This document shows, one piece after another, positions 12,169 to 22,613 of a DNA stretch of 64,000 bases. Location of the stretch: positions 224,001-288,000 of the forward strand of contig CAWJGT010000003.1 in NCBI GenBank assembly GCA_963842525.1, read 5' to 3'. The DNA is from an uncultured Holophagales bacterium. GTDB lineage: Bacteria; Acidobacteriota; Thermoanaerobaculia; Multivoradales; UBA5704. Position numbers and translations under genes: made by a program. The notes beneath the pieces were generated by a model that had not been told where the DNA came from, searched no databases, and worked only from the letters and a program-made list of their open reading frames with translations. Position 1 is the stretch's first letter. Each line of letters opens with the position of its first letter.

Positions 12169-15100
12169 TTGACCACCGCCGGTGCTCTCCCTCGCTTCGA
12201 AATCGTCGGCCGCCTCGCGGCCGGGGATTCACCTCTATGCCGGGCGCAGGATCTGGCGAACGGGCGCCCGGCGCTCGTCCAGCTCCTGACGCCCGACCGG
12301 GAGGGCGTCGAAGCGCTGGCGCGTTTCCGGCGCGCGGCTCTCGCGGCCTCTTCGCTGGGCCACCCCCACATCGCTCGTCTCGAAGAGGTCGGCGCGGCCG
12401 GCGGCGATCTGTGCCTCGCCCTGGCACCCGCCGCGGGGGAGCCCGAGACCCTGGAGAGCCGCCTCGCGCACGGTTCCCTGGCCCGGGACGAGGCTGTCGG
12501 GCTGGCCGCGCAGATCGCCGCCGGCCTCGCCGAGGCGCACGCCGCCGGGATCGTCCATGGCGACCTGCAGCCCGACCTCGTTCTCTTGACGCCCGAGGGC
12601 GAAGCCAGGATCACCGCCTTCGGCCTCGGCGAGCTGGCCGACGCCGCGGCGCATCCCGGGGCCGCCGCCCCCTACCGGCCGCCCGAGAGGCTCCTCGGCG
12701 CTCCTCCCGACCCGCGGACCGATGTCTGGGCCCTCGGCATCATTCTCTACCGCATGCTGGCCGGGGTGCTCCCGTTCCGCGGTCTCGACGAGCGGGAGAG
12801 GGCCGAGGCCATGCTCCACCTGCGGCCCGACCCTTTGCCGAACCGTGCCTCCCTGCCCGCGGGGCTCGAGGCGGTCGTCCTGCGCGCCCTGGCGCGGCGG
12901 CCGGACGACCGCTATCCCGATGCCCGGACGATGGAGGCCGACCTGCGTGCGGTGGCAGCCGGCGCGGCGGTCGCTCCGCAGTCCGGCTCACGGCCCGATC
13001 TGCAGCCCGATTTACAGCCGACCTTGCTGGAGATCCCCGTGTCCCGCGCGCCGGAGCAGCGCCTGGTCCGGCAGCGGAGCTCCCCGGATCGCCCGGCGGA
13101 CCCGGCTCTCCACGGCGCGCCGTCCTACCGCCTGCTCGAAAAGATCGGCAGCGGCGGCACGGCCGTCGTCTATCGCGCCGAGGACACCCTGCTCGGCCGG
13201 TCCGTGGCGCTCAAGTTCCTCGCTCCCGAGCTGAGCCGCGATCCCGAGTCCAAGGCGCGCTTCCTGCGCGAGGCGCGGGCCGCCTCGGCGCTCGACCATC
13301 CCAATCTCTGTACGATCCACGAGGTGGGCGAGGACGAGGAGGGGCGGGTCTTCCTCGCCATGCCCTGCTACGAGGGAGAAACCCTGCGCGAGCGGCTCGA
13401 ACGGGGCCCGCTGCCGGTCGATCAGGCGCTCGCCATCGCGATCCAGGCGGGCCAGGGGCTCGCCCGCGCCCATCGCCAAGGCATCGTGCACCGCGACGTC
13501 AAGCCGGCAAACCTCATGCTCACCACGGACGGGGTGGTCAAGGTGCTCGACTTCGGCCTCGCCAAGCTGGACGGCGCCGCGCGCATCACCCGCGGGACCG
13601 CTGCCGGGGGCACCCTGGCCTACATGTCGCCGGAGCAGGCGCGGGGCGAGGAGGTGGACGCACGCTCCGACCTCTGGTCGCTCGGCGTGGTCCTCTATGA
13701 AATGGTGACCGGGAGCAAGCCCTTCTCCGGCGACACGCTGCAGGCGGTGCTCGCGGCGATCCAGCGGGCCGAGCCGGAGCCGGTCTCGCGCCTGCGGCCC
13801 GAGGCTCCGACGGAGCTCGACCGGATCCTCGCCCGCCTGCTGGCCAAGGACCCTGCCGGCCGCTATCCCGACGGGGAGAGCGCCGTCGCCGCCCTGCGGG
13901 CGCTGCGCGGTCCCGAGACGGTCTCGGGGCGCCGGCTCCAGGCGCCCGTGCCGCGGCGGCGGCGCTTGTGGCGGACCGCTATGCAAGCGGGAGCGGTGGC
14001 GGCCTTCGTAACGGCCGCCGGCCTGCTGCTTTGGAGCTTCGGCCCGCGGAAGCAGGGCGGCCCGGTGCTGGCGGCGACCTTCACGCCGCTCACGCATGGA
14101 GAGGGCCGCGAGACGTTCCCCAGCCTGGCGCCCGGAGGCGAGTTCTTCGTCTATGTGGCCCCCGACGGAGGGGATCTGGACATCTTCTGGCAGCGGATGG
14201 GCGGCGACAATCCGCTCAACCTCACCGAGGGCTCGCCCTGGGACGACACCCAGCCCGCCGTCTCGCCGGACGGCCAGCAGATCGCCTTCCGCTCCGAGCG
14301 GGAGGGAGGCGGCCTCTTCCTCATGGGGGCCACGGGCGAGTCCGTCCGCCGTCTCGCCGACGCCTGCTTCAACCCCGCCTGGTCGCCGAATGGCCAGGAG
14401 ATCGCCTGCGCGACCGAGGGGATCGCCCATCCCCGTGGGCGGCTCGCGCGCAGCCGGATCTGGCGCATCGAGGTGGCCACCGGGACGCGGCGGCTCGTGG
14501 ACACAGAGGACGGCGTGCAGCCGAGCTGGTCGCCCCGGGGCCGGCGGATCGCCTTCTGGGGGCTCTCCGGCGATTCGGCGCGGCGGGCACTCTGGACCGT
14601 TGCGGTCGACGATGCGGAGGAGGCGGAGGCCAGGGGCGAGCCGGTCCTGGTCCTCGACGACGGAGCCCTCAACTGGAGCCCGGTCTGGTCGCCCGACGGC
14701 GTCTGGCTCTACTTCGCCAGCGACCGAGGCGGCAGCATGAATCTCTGGCGGGTGGCGATCGACGAGGAATCGGGCCGCGTCCGGGGAGAGCCGGAGGCGG
14801 TGATGGCCCCGAACACCGCGAGCGTCCTGCCCAGCCTGACGCGGGACGGCCGCCGCATCGCTTTTGCCGGCGAGTCGGAGAGGTCGCAGCTCGTGCGGGT
14901 GGCTTTCGACCCGCAGAGCCGGCAGGCGGCCGGACCGCTCCAGCCGGTGAGCCAGTGGACCCGCGCGGTCCGCTCGGGCGACGTCTCGCCGGACGGGCGG
15001 TGGATCGTCTTCGACATCTCTGCGCCGCAGGAGGACCTCTTCCTCGTCCGCGTGGACGGAGGCGGCCTGCGCCAGCTCACCGACGACGCCTGGCGCGACC

Positions 15101-15708
15101 GCATGCCCCGCTGGTCGCCCGACGGGCAACGCATCCTCTTCTACTCCGACCGCGGCGGCAAGTACGAGGCGTGGGCCCTTCACGTGGACGGCGGCGAGGC
15201 CGAGCAGCTCACGCGCATCCCCGGCCGGCAGCTCTTCGATCCGATCTGGTCTCCGGACGGCCGGCGGCTGATCTGCGCGCTGGAGTTCCGCGGTCCGTAT
15301 GTGATCGACCTCGCGGAGGCGGGCTCCGCCGCAAGCGAGCCGCGGCCCCTCCTCCCCCTGGACGAGGCGGACGATTTCGCGGTCAGCTCCTGGTCGGCCG
15401 ACGGCCGGCGCCTGGCCGGCTTCGACCGCGCGTCGCGGATCGTCCTCTTCTCCTTCGCCACCGGCCGCCGCGAGGTGCTGCCGGAGACGGGTGAGGAGGT
15501 GGCCTGGCTGCCGGACGGCCGGTCGCTGGCCTTCCTGCGTGACGGGGAGGTCTGGATGCTGGAGGTCGCGACGCGTCGGACGACCCGGGTGCTGGCGCCG
15601 CCCCGGGGCTCCGCCTTCAAGCGGCTCGGCGTGGCCCCCGACGGCCGGTCGCTCTATCTCGTGCAGGTGAGCGAGCAGGGGGACATCGGATTGCTGACGC
15701 TGCCGTAG
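12169..15708 (+). CDS. Pseudokinase + Ser/Thr kinase + TM helix + TolB/PD40 beta-propeller (receptor-like kinase 2)
   Basis: Probable TTG start 12169 in ORF 11725..15708; first domain HGDLQP / AFG (degenerate), second [24 protein letters not shown]; [20 protein letters not shown]; WSPDG repeats. Confidence 0.88.
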   Translation: MTTAGALPRFEIVGRLAAGDSPLCRAQDLANGRPALVQLLTPDREGVEALARFRRAALAASSLGHPHIARLEEVGAAGGDLCLALAPAAGEPETLESRLAHGSLARDEAVGLAAQIAAGLAEAHAAGIVHGDLQPDLVLLTPEGEARITAFGLGELADAAAHPGAAAPYRPPERLLGAPPDPRTDVWALGIILYRMLAGVLPFRGLDERERAEAMLHLRPDPLPNRASLPAGLEAVVLRALARRPDDRYPDARTMEADLRAVAAGAAVAPQSGSRPDLQPDLQPTLLEIPVSRAPEQRLVRQRSSPDRPADPALHGAPSYRLLEKIGSGGTAVVYRAEDTLLGRSVALKFLAPELSRDPESKARFLREARAASALDHPNLCTIHEVGEDEEGRVFLAMPCYEGETLRERLERGPLPVDQALAIAIQAGQGLARAHRQGIVHRDVKPANLMLTTDGVVKVLDFGLAKLDGAARITRGTAAGGTLAYMSPEQARGEEVDARSDLWSLGVVLYEMVTGSKPFSGDTLQAVLAAIQRAEPEPVSRLRPEAPTELDRILARLLAKDPAGRYPDGESAVAALRALRGPETVSGRRLQAPVPRRRRLWRTAMQAGAVAAFVTAAGLLLWSFGPRKQGGPVLAATFTPLTHGEGRETFPSLAPGGEFFVYVAPDGGDLDIFWQRMGGDNPLNLTEGSPWDDTQPAVSPDGQQIAFRSEREGGGLFLMGATGESVRRLADACFNPAWSPNGQEIACATEGIAHPRGRLARSRIWRIEVATGTRRLVDTEDGVQPSWSPRGRRIAFWGLSGDSARRALWTVAVDDAEEAEARGEPVLVLDDGALNWSPVWSPDGVWLYFASDRGGSMNLWRVAIDEESGRVRGEPEAVMAPNTASVLPSLTRDGRRIAFAGESERSQLVRVAFDPQSRQAAGPLQPVSQWTRAVRSGDVSPDGRWIVFDISAPQEDLFLVRVDGGGLRQLTDDAWRDRMPRWSPDGQRILFYSDRGGKYEAWALHVDGGEAEQLTRIPGRQLFDPIWSPDGRRLICALEFRGPYVIDLAEAGSAASEPRPLLPLDEADDFAVSSWSADGRRLAGFDRASRIVLFSFATGRREVLPETGEEVAWLPDGRSLAFLRDGEVWMLEVATRRTTRVLAPPRGSAFKRLGVAPDGRSLYLVQVSEQGDIGLLTLP

Positions 15709-15762
15709 GCTATACTTTCCTCGCGATTCATTTCTTCTGTTGGCTTTCGAGGAGGTGGAGCT

Positions 15763-16038
15763 TTGCGCTTCCAGATCCGTGACCTCACGGCCGCTGTCTT
15801 GCCGGCCGACGGCTTGCGCCTGTTTCCCTGCACCTGCCGGGTGTCGGCAGATCCGCCCCCGGAACAGCCCCAGGAAGCGCCAAGACCGCGGCCCCGTCCG
15901 CAGCCGGGTCGCGTTCCGCCCTGCCGGGGCTCCAACGCACCCACCGACGACTGTCCGCACCCCGGGGACGACTCCGAGAGGCAGGCTGGGCTCGCGCTGC
16001 TGAAGCGCCAGCTCCGCGCGGCTCTTGAGGCGCGGTAG
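15763..16038 (+). CDS. Putative RiPP precursor B (91 aa)
   Basis: RBS GAGGAGGT before TTG; MRFQIRDL leader; FPCTCRVS and PPCRGS..DDCP; follower LALLKRQLRAAL. Confidence 0.75.
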   Translation: MRFQIRDLTAAVLPADGLRLFPCTCRVSADPPPEQPQEAPRPRPRPQPGRVPPCRGSNAPTDDCPHPGDDSERQAGLALLKRQLRAALEAR

Positions 16039-16083
16039 CCGCCCGCGCCGGAGCGCTCTACTTCCGTCCGGGACACTGGCTCA

Positions 16084-18693
16084 TTGATCGGCAGCACCTT
16101 CTCCCGCTACGAGATCCTCGACGCGCTCGGCAGCGGGGGGATGGGAGTCGTCTGGCTGGCCGAGGACACCCGCCTCGGCCGCAAGGTCGCCCTCAAGCTG
16201 CTGGCGCCCGAGCTGACGCGCGACCCGGCGGCCAAGGCCCGCTTCCTCCAGGAGGCCCAGGCCGCGTCGTCGCTCGACCACCCCAACATCTGCACGATCT
16301 ACGACGTCGGCGAGACCGAGAACTGCCAGGTCTACCTCGCCATGCCCTCCTACGAGGGCGAGACGCTCAAGGCGCGGATCGCGCGCGGCCCCCTCTCCGT
16401 CGACGGCGCCGTGGACATCGCCCTGCAGGTCGCCAAGGGCCTGGCCAAGGCGCACCGGCAGGGGATCGTGCACTGCGACGTCAAGCCGGCGAACCTGATG
16501 ATCACCGCCGACGGGGTGGTCAAGATCCTCGATTTCGGGGTTGCCCGGCTGGCCGGGCCTGCGGGCAGCGGCACGGAGTCCCATCCCACGGGCGCCGTGG
16601 GCACGCCGGCCTACATGGCGCCCGAGCAGGTGCGCGGCGAGGAGGTGGACCCGCGCACCGACCTCTGGTCCCTGGGCGTAGTCCTCTACGAGATGCTGGC
16701 CGGCCGCCGGCCGTTCACCGGCGAGCGCGACCTGATGGTGCTCCATGCGATCCTCACGTCCCGGCCGGCACCGCTCTCCCGCGCCTGTCCCGAAGCACCG
16801 CCGGAGCTGGAGCGGATCGTCGTCCGCCTGCTGGCGCGCGATCCGGAGAGCCGTTACCCCGACGCGGAGAGCTTGCTCGCCGACCTGCGCCGCCTGACGG
16901 GGCCGGACACCGGCGCCTTTCCTGCGCCGTCGTGGCTGCCGCGGGGCCGCACCCTGCGGCGTGCGGCCGGGCTGGCCCTCGCCCTCGCGGTGGTGCTCGC
17001 CGGCGTCTATCTCTCCCTCTGGGGGGAGATCACGCCTCCTCGTGCCGCGCCCGAAATGGGCGTCATCCGCCTGACCAACCAGCCGGGGGTCGAGTCGTTC
17101 CCCAGCCTCTCTCCGCAGGGCGATTTCTTCGTCTACGCCCGGTCGATCGAGGGCGATACGAACATCTACCGGCAACGCGTCGCCGCGGAAGCCATTCCGG
17201 TCGACCTGACCGCGGGCTCCCCGTACGACGACACGCAGCCCGCCTGGTCGCCCGACGGCAAGCGGATCGCCTTCCGCTCGGACCGCGCCGGCGGCGGCAT
17301 CTTTCTTATGGGGCCGAACGGTGAGGAGGTGAGCCGCCTCACCGGCTTCGGCTACAACCCGGCCTGGTCTCCGGACGGCCGGGAGATCCTGTTCACCTCC
17401 GAGCCGGTCGACGATCCGGGCGGACGGATCTCCCGCAGCCACATCTGGCGCGTCGAGGTGGCGACCGGGCTCAAACGGCTCCTCGTCGAGCGCGACGGCA
17501 TGCAGCCGAGCTGGTCGCCCAGTGGAAAGCGCATCGCGTACTGGAGCCTCCGTCCCGGGAGCACGGGCCGGGTCCTCTGGACCATTTCAGCTTCCGGCGG
17601 CGAGCCCGTGGAAGCTATTGCGGACGACTTCATCAACTGGAGCCCGGTCTGGTCGCCCGATGGGCGCTGGCTCTATTTCGCCAGCGACCGCAGCGGCAGC
17701 ATGAACCTCTGGCGGATCCGGATCGACGAGCGGAGCGGCCAGGTGCAGGGGAAGCCTGAAGCGATCACCACCCCTTCGCCTTGGAGCGGTCCACTGAGCA
17801 TCAGCCAGGACGGCCGGCGGATCCTCTTCGCGGTCCGCAACACGGCGCGGAGCCTGGAACGGATCGCCCTGGACCCGGCGGGTCCCCGCGTCGTGGGACG
17901 GCCGCAGCCTGTCGTCCGGAAAGCGCTTCCGATCGCGTTCGGCAAGGCTTCTCCGGACGGCCAGTGGATCGTCTTCAGCACCCTGCCCCCACACGAGGAG
18001 CTGTTCGTCGTCCGGCCGGACGGCAGCGGCCTCCGCCAGCTCACCCAGGACGCCTATCGCAACCGCGGGCCAGGTTGGCTGCCCGACGGCCGGATCGTCT
18101 TCTTCTCGGACCGGGGGGGCCGCTTCGGCGCCTGGGCAGTCCGGCGCGACGGCACCGGCCGCCCGGAGCCGGTCGCCGCCAACCGCGGCGAGCCGATCCA
18201 CAATCCTCTCGCCTCTCCGGACGGCCTCTGGCTCGCCTGTACTGTCAACTTCCTCAATGCGGCCCTCATCGACCTTGCGCTGCCAATGGAGCAGCGGATC
18301 CCGGAGTCGCTCCCCTCGCCGATCCCCGGCACGACCTTCTTCCCCAGCTCGTGGTCTCCCGACAGCGGACAGCTCCTCGGAGAGGTCCAGGGCCGCGGCA
18401 TCTTCACCTTCTCGCTCGCCACCCGCGAGTTCCAGCGGCTGGCCGGCCGCGGCACGCTGCCGGCCTGGACGAGCCAGGGACAGAGGATCCTGTTCACGGA
18501 CGAGGGCAGGATCTTCGCGCTCGACGTGCCCACAGGAGGACGGGGTGCGGCAGGACGCCGGCGCGAGCTGTACGCGCCGCCGGAGTCGTCGACCTTGACG
18601 GCCTTCGACGTGAGCCCGGACGATCGGACCCTCTACGTCGTGCAGAAGCCGGCCGAGGGAGATGTCTGGATGCTCACGTTCGGCGGATTTTAA
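16084..18693 (+). CDS. Ser/Thr kinase (non-RD, HCD) + TM helix + TolB/PD40 beta-propeller (receptor-like kinase 3)
   Basis: GSGGMGVVW, VALK, HCDVKPAN, DFG, APE; TM AAGLALALAVVLAGVYLSLW; WSPDG repeats. Confidence 0.9.
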   Translation: MIGSTFSRYEILDALGSGGMGVVWLAEDTRLGRKVALKLLAPELTRDPAAKARFLQEAQAASSLDHPNICTIYDVGETENCQVYLAMPSYEGETLKARIARGPLSVDGAVDIALQVAKGLAKAHRQGIVHCDVKPANLMITADGVVKILDFGVARLAGPAGSGTESHPTGAVGTPAYMAPEQVRGEEVDPRTDLWSLGVVLYEMLAGRRPFTGERDLMVLHAILTSRPAPLSRACPEAPPELERIVVRLLARDPESRYPDAESLLADLRRLTGPDTGAFPAPSWLPRGRTLRRAAGLALALAVVLAGVYLSLWGEITPPRAAPEMGVIRLTNQPGVESFPSLSPQGDFFVYARSIEGDTNIYRQRVAAEAIPVDLTAGSPYDDTQPAWSPDGKRIAFRSDRAGGGIFLMGPNGEEVSRLTGFGYNPAWSPDGREILFTSEPVDDPGGRISRSHIWRVEVATGLKRLLVERDGMQPSWSPSGKRIAYWSLRPGSTGRVLWTISASGGEPVEAIADDFINWSPVWSPDGRWLYFASDRSGSMNLWRIRIDERSGQVQGKPEAITTPSPWSGPLSISQDGRRILFAVRNTARSLERIALDPAGPRVVGRPQPVVRKALPIAFGKASPDGQWIVFSTLPPHEELFVVRPDGSGLRQLTQDAYRNRGPGWLPDGRIVFFSDRGGRFGAWAVRRDGTGRPEPVAANRGEPIHNPLASPDGLWLACTVNFLNAALIDLALPMEQRIPESLPSPIPGTTFFPSSWSPDSGQLLGEVQGRGIFTFSLATREFQRLAGRGTLPAWTSQGQRILFTDEGRIFALDVPTGGRGAAGRRRELYAPPESSTLTAFDVSPDDRTLYVVQKPAEGDVWMLTFGGF

Positions 18694-18820
18694 TATATAA
18701 TACTTCATGGTAACCGCGGCATCGACCTCGTTTCCGTCCCCTTCGCCCGGGTGGGGCCTGGGACGAGGCCCGTGCGCTTCCCACGAGGACATCAGTGACA
18801 AGGAGACAAAGGAGGACACA

Positions 18821-18997
18821 ATGAGCTTCAAGTCGAGAGATCTATCGGTGCAGGTCGGCCCGGACGAGGGTATCGACACACCCTGCTGCCCGTGCCGGAG
18901 CACCGGGGACGAGTGGCTGGGCAGCCCGGGCGGCTCCCAGTTGGACGACCTGCGGCAGCGGCTTCGTGCTGCTGTGCAAGCCGAGTCCCGGCAGTAA
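18821..18997 (+). CDS. Putative RiPP precursor C (58 aa)
   Basis: RBS AAAGGAGG then ATG 18821; MSFKSRDL leader; TPCCPCRSTG core; follower LDDLRQRLRAAV. Confidence 0.8.
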   Translation: MSFKSRDLSVQVGPDEGIDTPCCPCRSTGDEWLGSPGGSQLDDLRQRLRAAVQAESRQ

Positions 18998-19032
18998 CGA
19001 TCGGCGGAGCTCTTCTGGAGATCTAGCGGGCG

Positions 19033-20232
19033 GTGGATATCCTGACGCGCGACTTCCGGGCAAATCCCCGCTTCGAGCTTGTTTTGTTTGACCGCCTTCC
19101 ACGAGAGGAGCGCCGGGCGCTGGCGGACCTGGCGCGAGAGCCTGGTTTCTATGGCGTGTTGCGGCCCGGTGACGGCAGCAGCGGCAGCGGTCTGGGCCTC
19201 AAGTCGGTGGACCGCGACACGGCGCTCCTCTTCCTCACCCTGCGTGAGCCGGGCCCCCTTCCTTCCTACGTCTGCTCCCAACTGGGCGCGGCGGCCTTGC
19301 GGACCGTCGTCGGCCGGCTGGTCGCCGACGGCGTGCTGGAGGTGGAGAGCGGGGGGGCCTTCCTGTCCGGCGCGGCGGCCTTCGAGCTCCTTGCCGAGGG
19401 CGCGGCGCGGTCCGCGACCTCTGGCGGGAGCGGCCGGCTCGCGGAGCTGTCTCTCGCGGCGCTCCGCTACGGCCAGGCGCTCGCCGTGGACGATCCGCTG
19501 CTCCTCTCCTGGCGCCTCTACTGCTTCCACCGCCGGCCCCTGACCCCGGCCTGGAAGCGGCTCCTGCCCGCGGCCGAGGCGGTCGAGGCGCACCTGGGGA
19601 TTGCGCCTGGGGGAGGGGCCCGCCGGCTTCTCGACCGGAGCTGGTCGCGGACGGCCCCGGTCGAGGGGTGGCTGAGCTGGCGCGCGCGCGCCCGGCGGGC
19701 CGCCGGTCCCGCCGCATCCTCCGCTGCGGAGGGACCCACCTGGAAGCTCTATGTCAGCCCGGTGCCCGAGGCCCTGGCCGCGTCCTTCGGGGAGATTCTG
19801 GAGGCCCTCACCGCGGCGCGTGCCGATCAGTTCAAGGTCGGCGCGGATGCGGCCGGGCTGCTCCGCCCGGACAAGATCGTCGCCTATTTCCCGAGCTTCG
19901 AGCGTCTCGCCGCGGCGGCGGAGACCCTCGCCGGGCGGCTCGCGGGAGCCCCGGCCCACGGCGTTCCCTTCACCTCCGAGATTGGCGGCGGAGGCCTCCT
20001 CTCCTGGGGTGTGGACCCGCCGCGGTCGCAGAGGACCTGGAGCGAGGGGGAGAGCTGGCGGCTCTGGCTGACCCACCGGCTGGCGCGGGCGCTGCTGGCC
20101 GCCCGCGTCCAGTCCGCCGATACAAGCGTTGATCCCGCCGCCGAGCCCTGGCGCTTCGCCCTGGAGCGCGTGCGCCTGGAAGGGGTCGACACCGCGACCT
20201 GGACGCCGGGTGCGCTCCTCTGGAAGGGCTGA
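19033..20232 (+). CDS. Stand-alone HopA1/OspF-like phosphoSer/Thr lyase with N-terminal RRE-like domain
   Basis: WKLYVSP...FKVG...LLRPDKIVAYF...GVPFT...SWGVDP resemble lanthipeptide lyase/HopA1 motifs; directly upstream of kinase-LanC. Confidence 0.68.
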   Translation: MDILTRDFRANPRFELVLFDRLPREERRALADLAREPGFYGVLRPGDGSSGSGLGLKSVDRDTALLFLTLREPGPLPSYVCSQLGAAALRTVVGRLVADGVLEVESGGAFLSGAAAFELLAEGAARSATSGGSGRLAELSLAALRYGQALAVDDPLLLSWRLYCFHRRPLTPAWKRLLPAAEAVEAHLGIAPGGGARRLLDRSWSRTAPVEGWLSWRARARRAAGPAASSAAEGPTWKLYVSPVPEALAASFGEILEALTAARADQFKVGADAAGLLRPDKIVAYFPSFERLAAAAETLAGRLAGAPAHGVPFTSEIGGGGLLSWGVDPPRSQRTWSEGESWRLWLTHRLARALLAARVQSADTSVDPAAEPWRFALERVRLEGVDTATWTPGALLWKG

Positions 20233-20238
20233 TCCACG

Positions 20239-22606
20239 ATGGCCATCACCGACCCCCTGGTGCTGTCTCCGGACCTGCTCCTGGTGCCGGTTGTCGACCT
20301 GCCGGAGGAGGTGCGCGCCCGCTTCGAGCATGACGAAGGGGACGTCGCGGTCACCCATCCGCGCTCGCGGACGCCCTCCCGCATCCTCGACGCGCGCTCG
20401 GCCGAGCTGCTGGAGCAGTTCCGTACGCCGCGGACGATCGTCGAGGCGGTGATCCACTTCAGCCGCGCGCGCGAGGCCGACCCCGAATCCACGCTGGAGG
20501 AGGCCTTCCCGCTTCTGCAGCGTCTCCTCGATTCCGGGTTCCTGGTCCCCGAGGGGAGCGACGAGGCGGCGGGCGTCCATCCCGCGCTGGCGCCGGGGGA
20601 GGAGGTCGCCGGGTATGAGGTTTTCGAGTGCGTGCAGGGGCTGGAGGACACCGAGCTCTACCAGGTGCGAAGGCCGGCCGGGCTCGCGGCCCTCAAGATC
20701 GAGCGCCCGGCCGCGGCAGGCCGGCGCGCGGAGCTCTTTGCCCGGGAGGAGGCGATCCTGGCGCACCTCGGTGGGGAAGGGACCCCCCGCCTCCTCGCGG
20801 CCGGAGAGCTCGACGGCCGGCGTTGGATCGTGCTCGAGTGGTGCCTCGGCGTCGACGCCGCAACCGCCGCCCTGGAGCTGCGCCAGCGCGGCGAGGCCGG
20901 CCGGCCCGGGTTGCTGGCGCTCTGCCGGGGGATCGCCGCGGCCTATGCGCGGCTCCACGAGAGGGGGGTGGTCCACGGCGACGTCCACCCGCGCAATGTC
21001 CTGGTGGGACGGGACGGCGCCGTGCGGCTGCTCGACTTCGGGTACTCGCTCTGGGACGGCGGCGCCGCGGAGATCGCCCGGCCCGGGCGCGCGGGCGTGG
21101 CCTTCTTCTACGAGCCCGAGTATGCCGCGGCGGTGCGGGCGGACCGGCCGTACCCGGCAGCCTCCACGGCTGGGGAGCAGCACGCGGTGGCGGCTCTCCT
21201 CTACCTGCTTCTGACCGGTGCCCACTACCGCGACTTCTCCCTCGAACGGCAGGAGATGCAGCGGCAGATCGCCGAAGAGCCGCCTCTCCACTTCGCGGAG
21301 CGCGGCGCGGAGCCCTGGCCGGAGGTGGAGGCGGTCCTGGCGCGCGCCCTGCGCAAGGTGCCCGAGGAGCGGTTCTCTTCCCTGGCCGATCTGGCCTCCG
21401 CGCTCGCGGAGGTGGAGGTCCTGCCCGTCCCTGTCCGGGGTCCGGCGTCCGAAAGCCGCGAGGCCGAAGACCTGCTCGACCGCTTCCTGGAGCGCGCGGG
21501 TGAGGGGGGCTCGCTCTTCGTCGCCGGGCTCCCCAGGGCGCCGACCGCGTCGGTCATGTATGGGGCCGCGGGGGTCGCCTGTGCGGTCTACCGGATCGCG
21601 CTGTCCCGGGAGGACGCGTCTCTCCTCGCCCTGGCTGACATCTGGGCGGAGAGGGCTGCTGCAGCTTCCGGCTCGGAGGATGCCTTCTACAACCCGGAGA
21701 TCGGGATCGACTCCGGGACCGTGGGGGAGAATTCCGTCTACCACACCGCTGCCGGGGTCCACGCGGTCCGCGCCCTGGTCGCCCATGCCCTCGGCGTGTC
21801 CGGCATTCAGGCTGCGGCCGTCCGGGCCTTCCTGGCCGAAGCGCGGCGGCCCTGTCCCCAGATCGACCTCGGCTTCGGCCGTTCGGGCTTCCTCCTGGCC
21901 GGCTCCCTGCTGCGCGACACGCTCCGGCCGGACCCTGCCGGCCCGCGCGCCGAGCTGACCGCCTGGGGCGAGGAGGTCCTGCGCGGCCTGTGGCGCGAGC
22001 TCGACCGGCTGCCTCCGGTGGCGGACCCGCGGCGGCCGGCCGGCCTGGGGGTGGCGCACGGCTGGGCCGGCCACGTCTATGCCGCGCTCCGCTGGTGCCG
22101 CTCGGCGGACACGCCCTTGCCCGCCCGTCTCGAAGAGCGGCTCGCCGGCCTTGCGGAGCAGGCGCGTCCCTGGGGGAGAGGGTTGCGCTGGCGCTGGCCC
22201 GGCGCGCCGGACGGGTCCCTCAGCATGCCCGGCTGGTGCAACGGCAGCGCGGGGTTTCGTCTTCCTCGGCACCCTCGCCGCGGAGATGCTGGGGGAGCCC
22301 CGCTACCGCCAGCTCGCCGAAGGGGCGGCCTGGAACGCCTGGGAGGCATCCGACCGCAACTGGAGCCTCTGCTGCGGCCTGGCCGGCCGCGCCTGGTCCC
22401 TCCTCCATCTCGCGCGGCACGGCGGCGGCCCGGAGTGGCTGGAGCGCGCCCGCCTCCTCGCCAACCGCGCGGCCCGTGAGGTCGCCCGCGGCGTCGAATC
22501 GCCCGACAGCCTCTATAAGGGAGAACCCGGCATCGCCGCCCTGGCCGCCGACCTCGCCCGCCCGGAGGCGGCAGCCATGCCCTTCTTCGAGGAGGAGGGG
22601 TGGTGA
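20239..22606 (+). CDS. RRE/PqqD-like + Ser/Thr kinase + LanC lanthionine cyclase; frameshift near 22255
   Basis: Kinase HGDVHPRNV, LLDFG; LanC motifs GVAHGWAG, WCNGSAG, then (ORF 22079..22606) LCCGLAG, SLYKGEPG; shift at GGGGTTT homopolymer. Confidence 0.88.
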
Positions 22607-22613
22607 CCGAGGG

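Noticed and set aside
18707-18820. Longer start for precursor C
   Set aside because: Strong RBS and leader-motif homology place the start at ATG 18821
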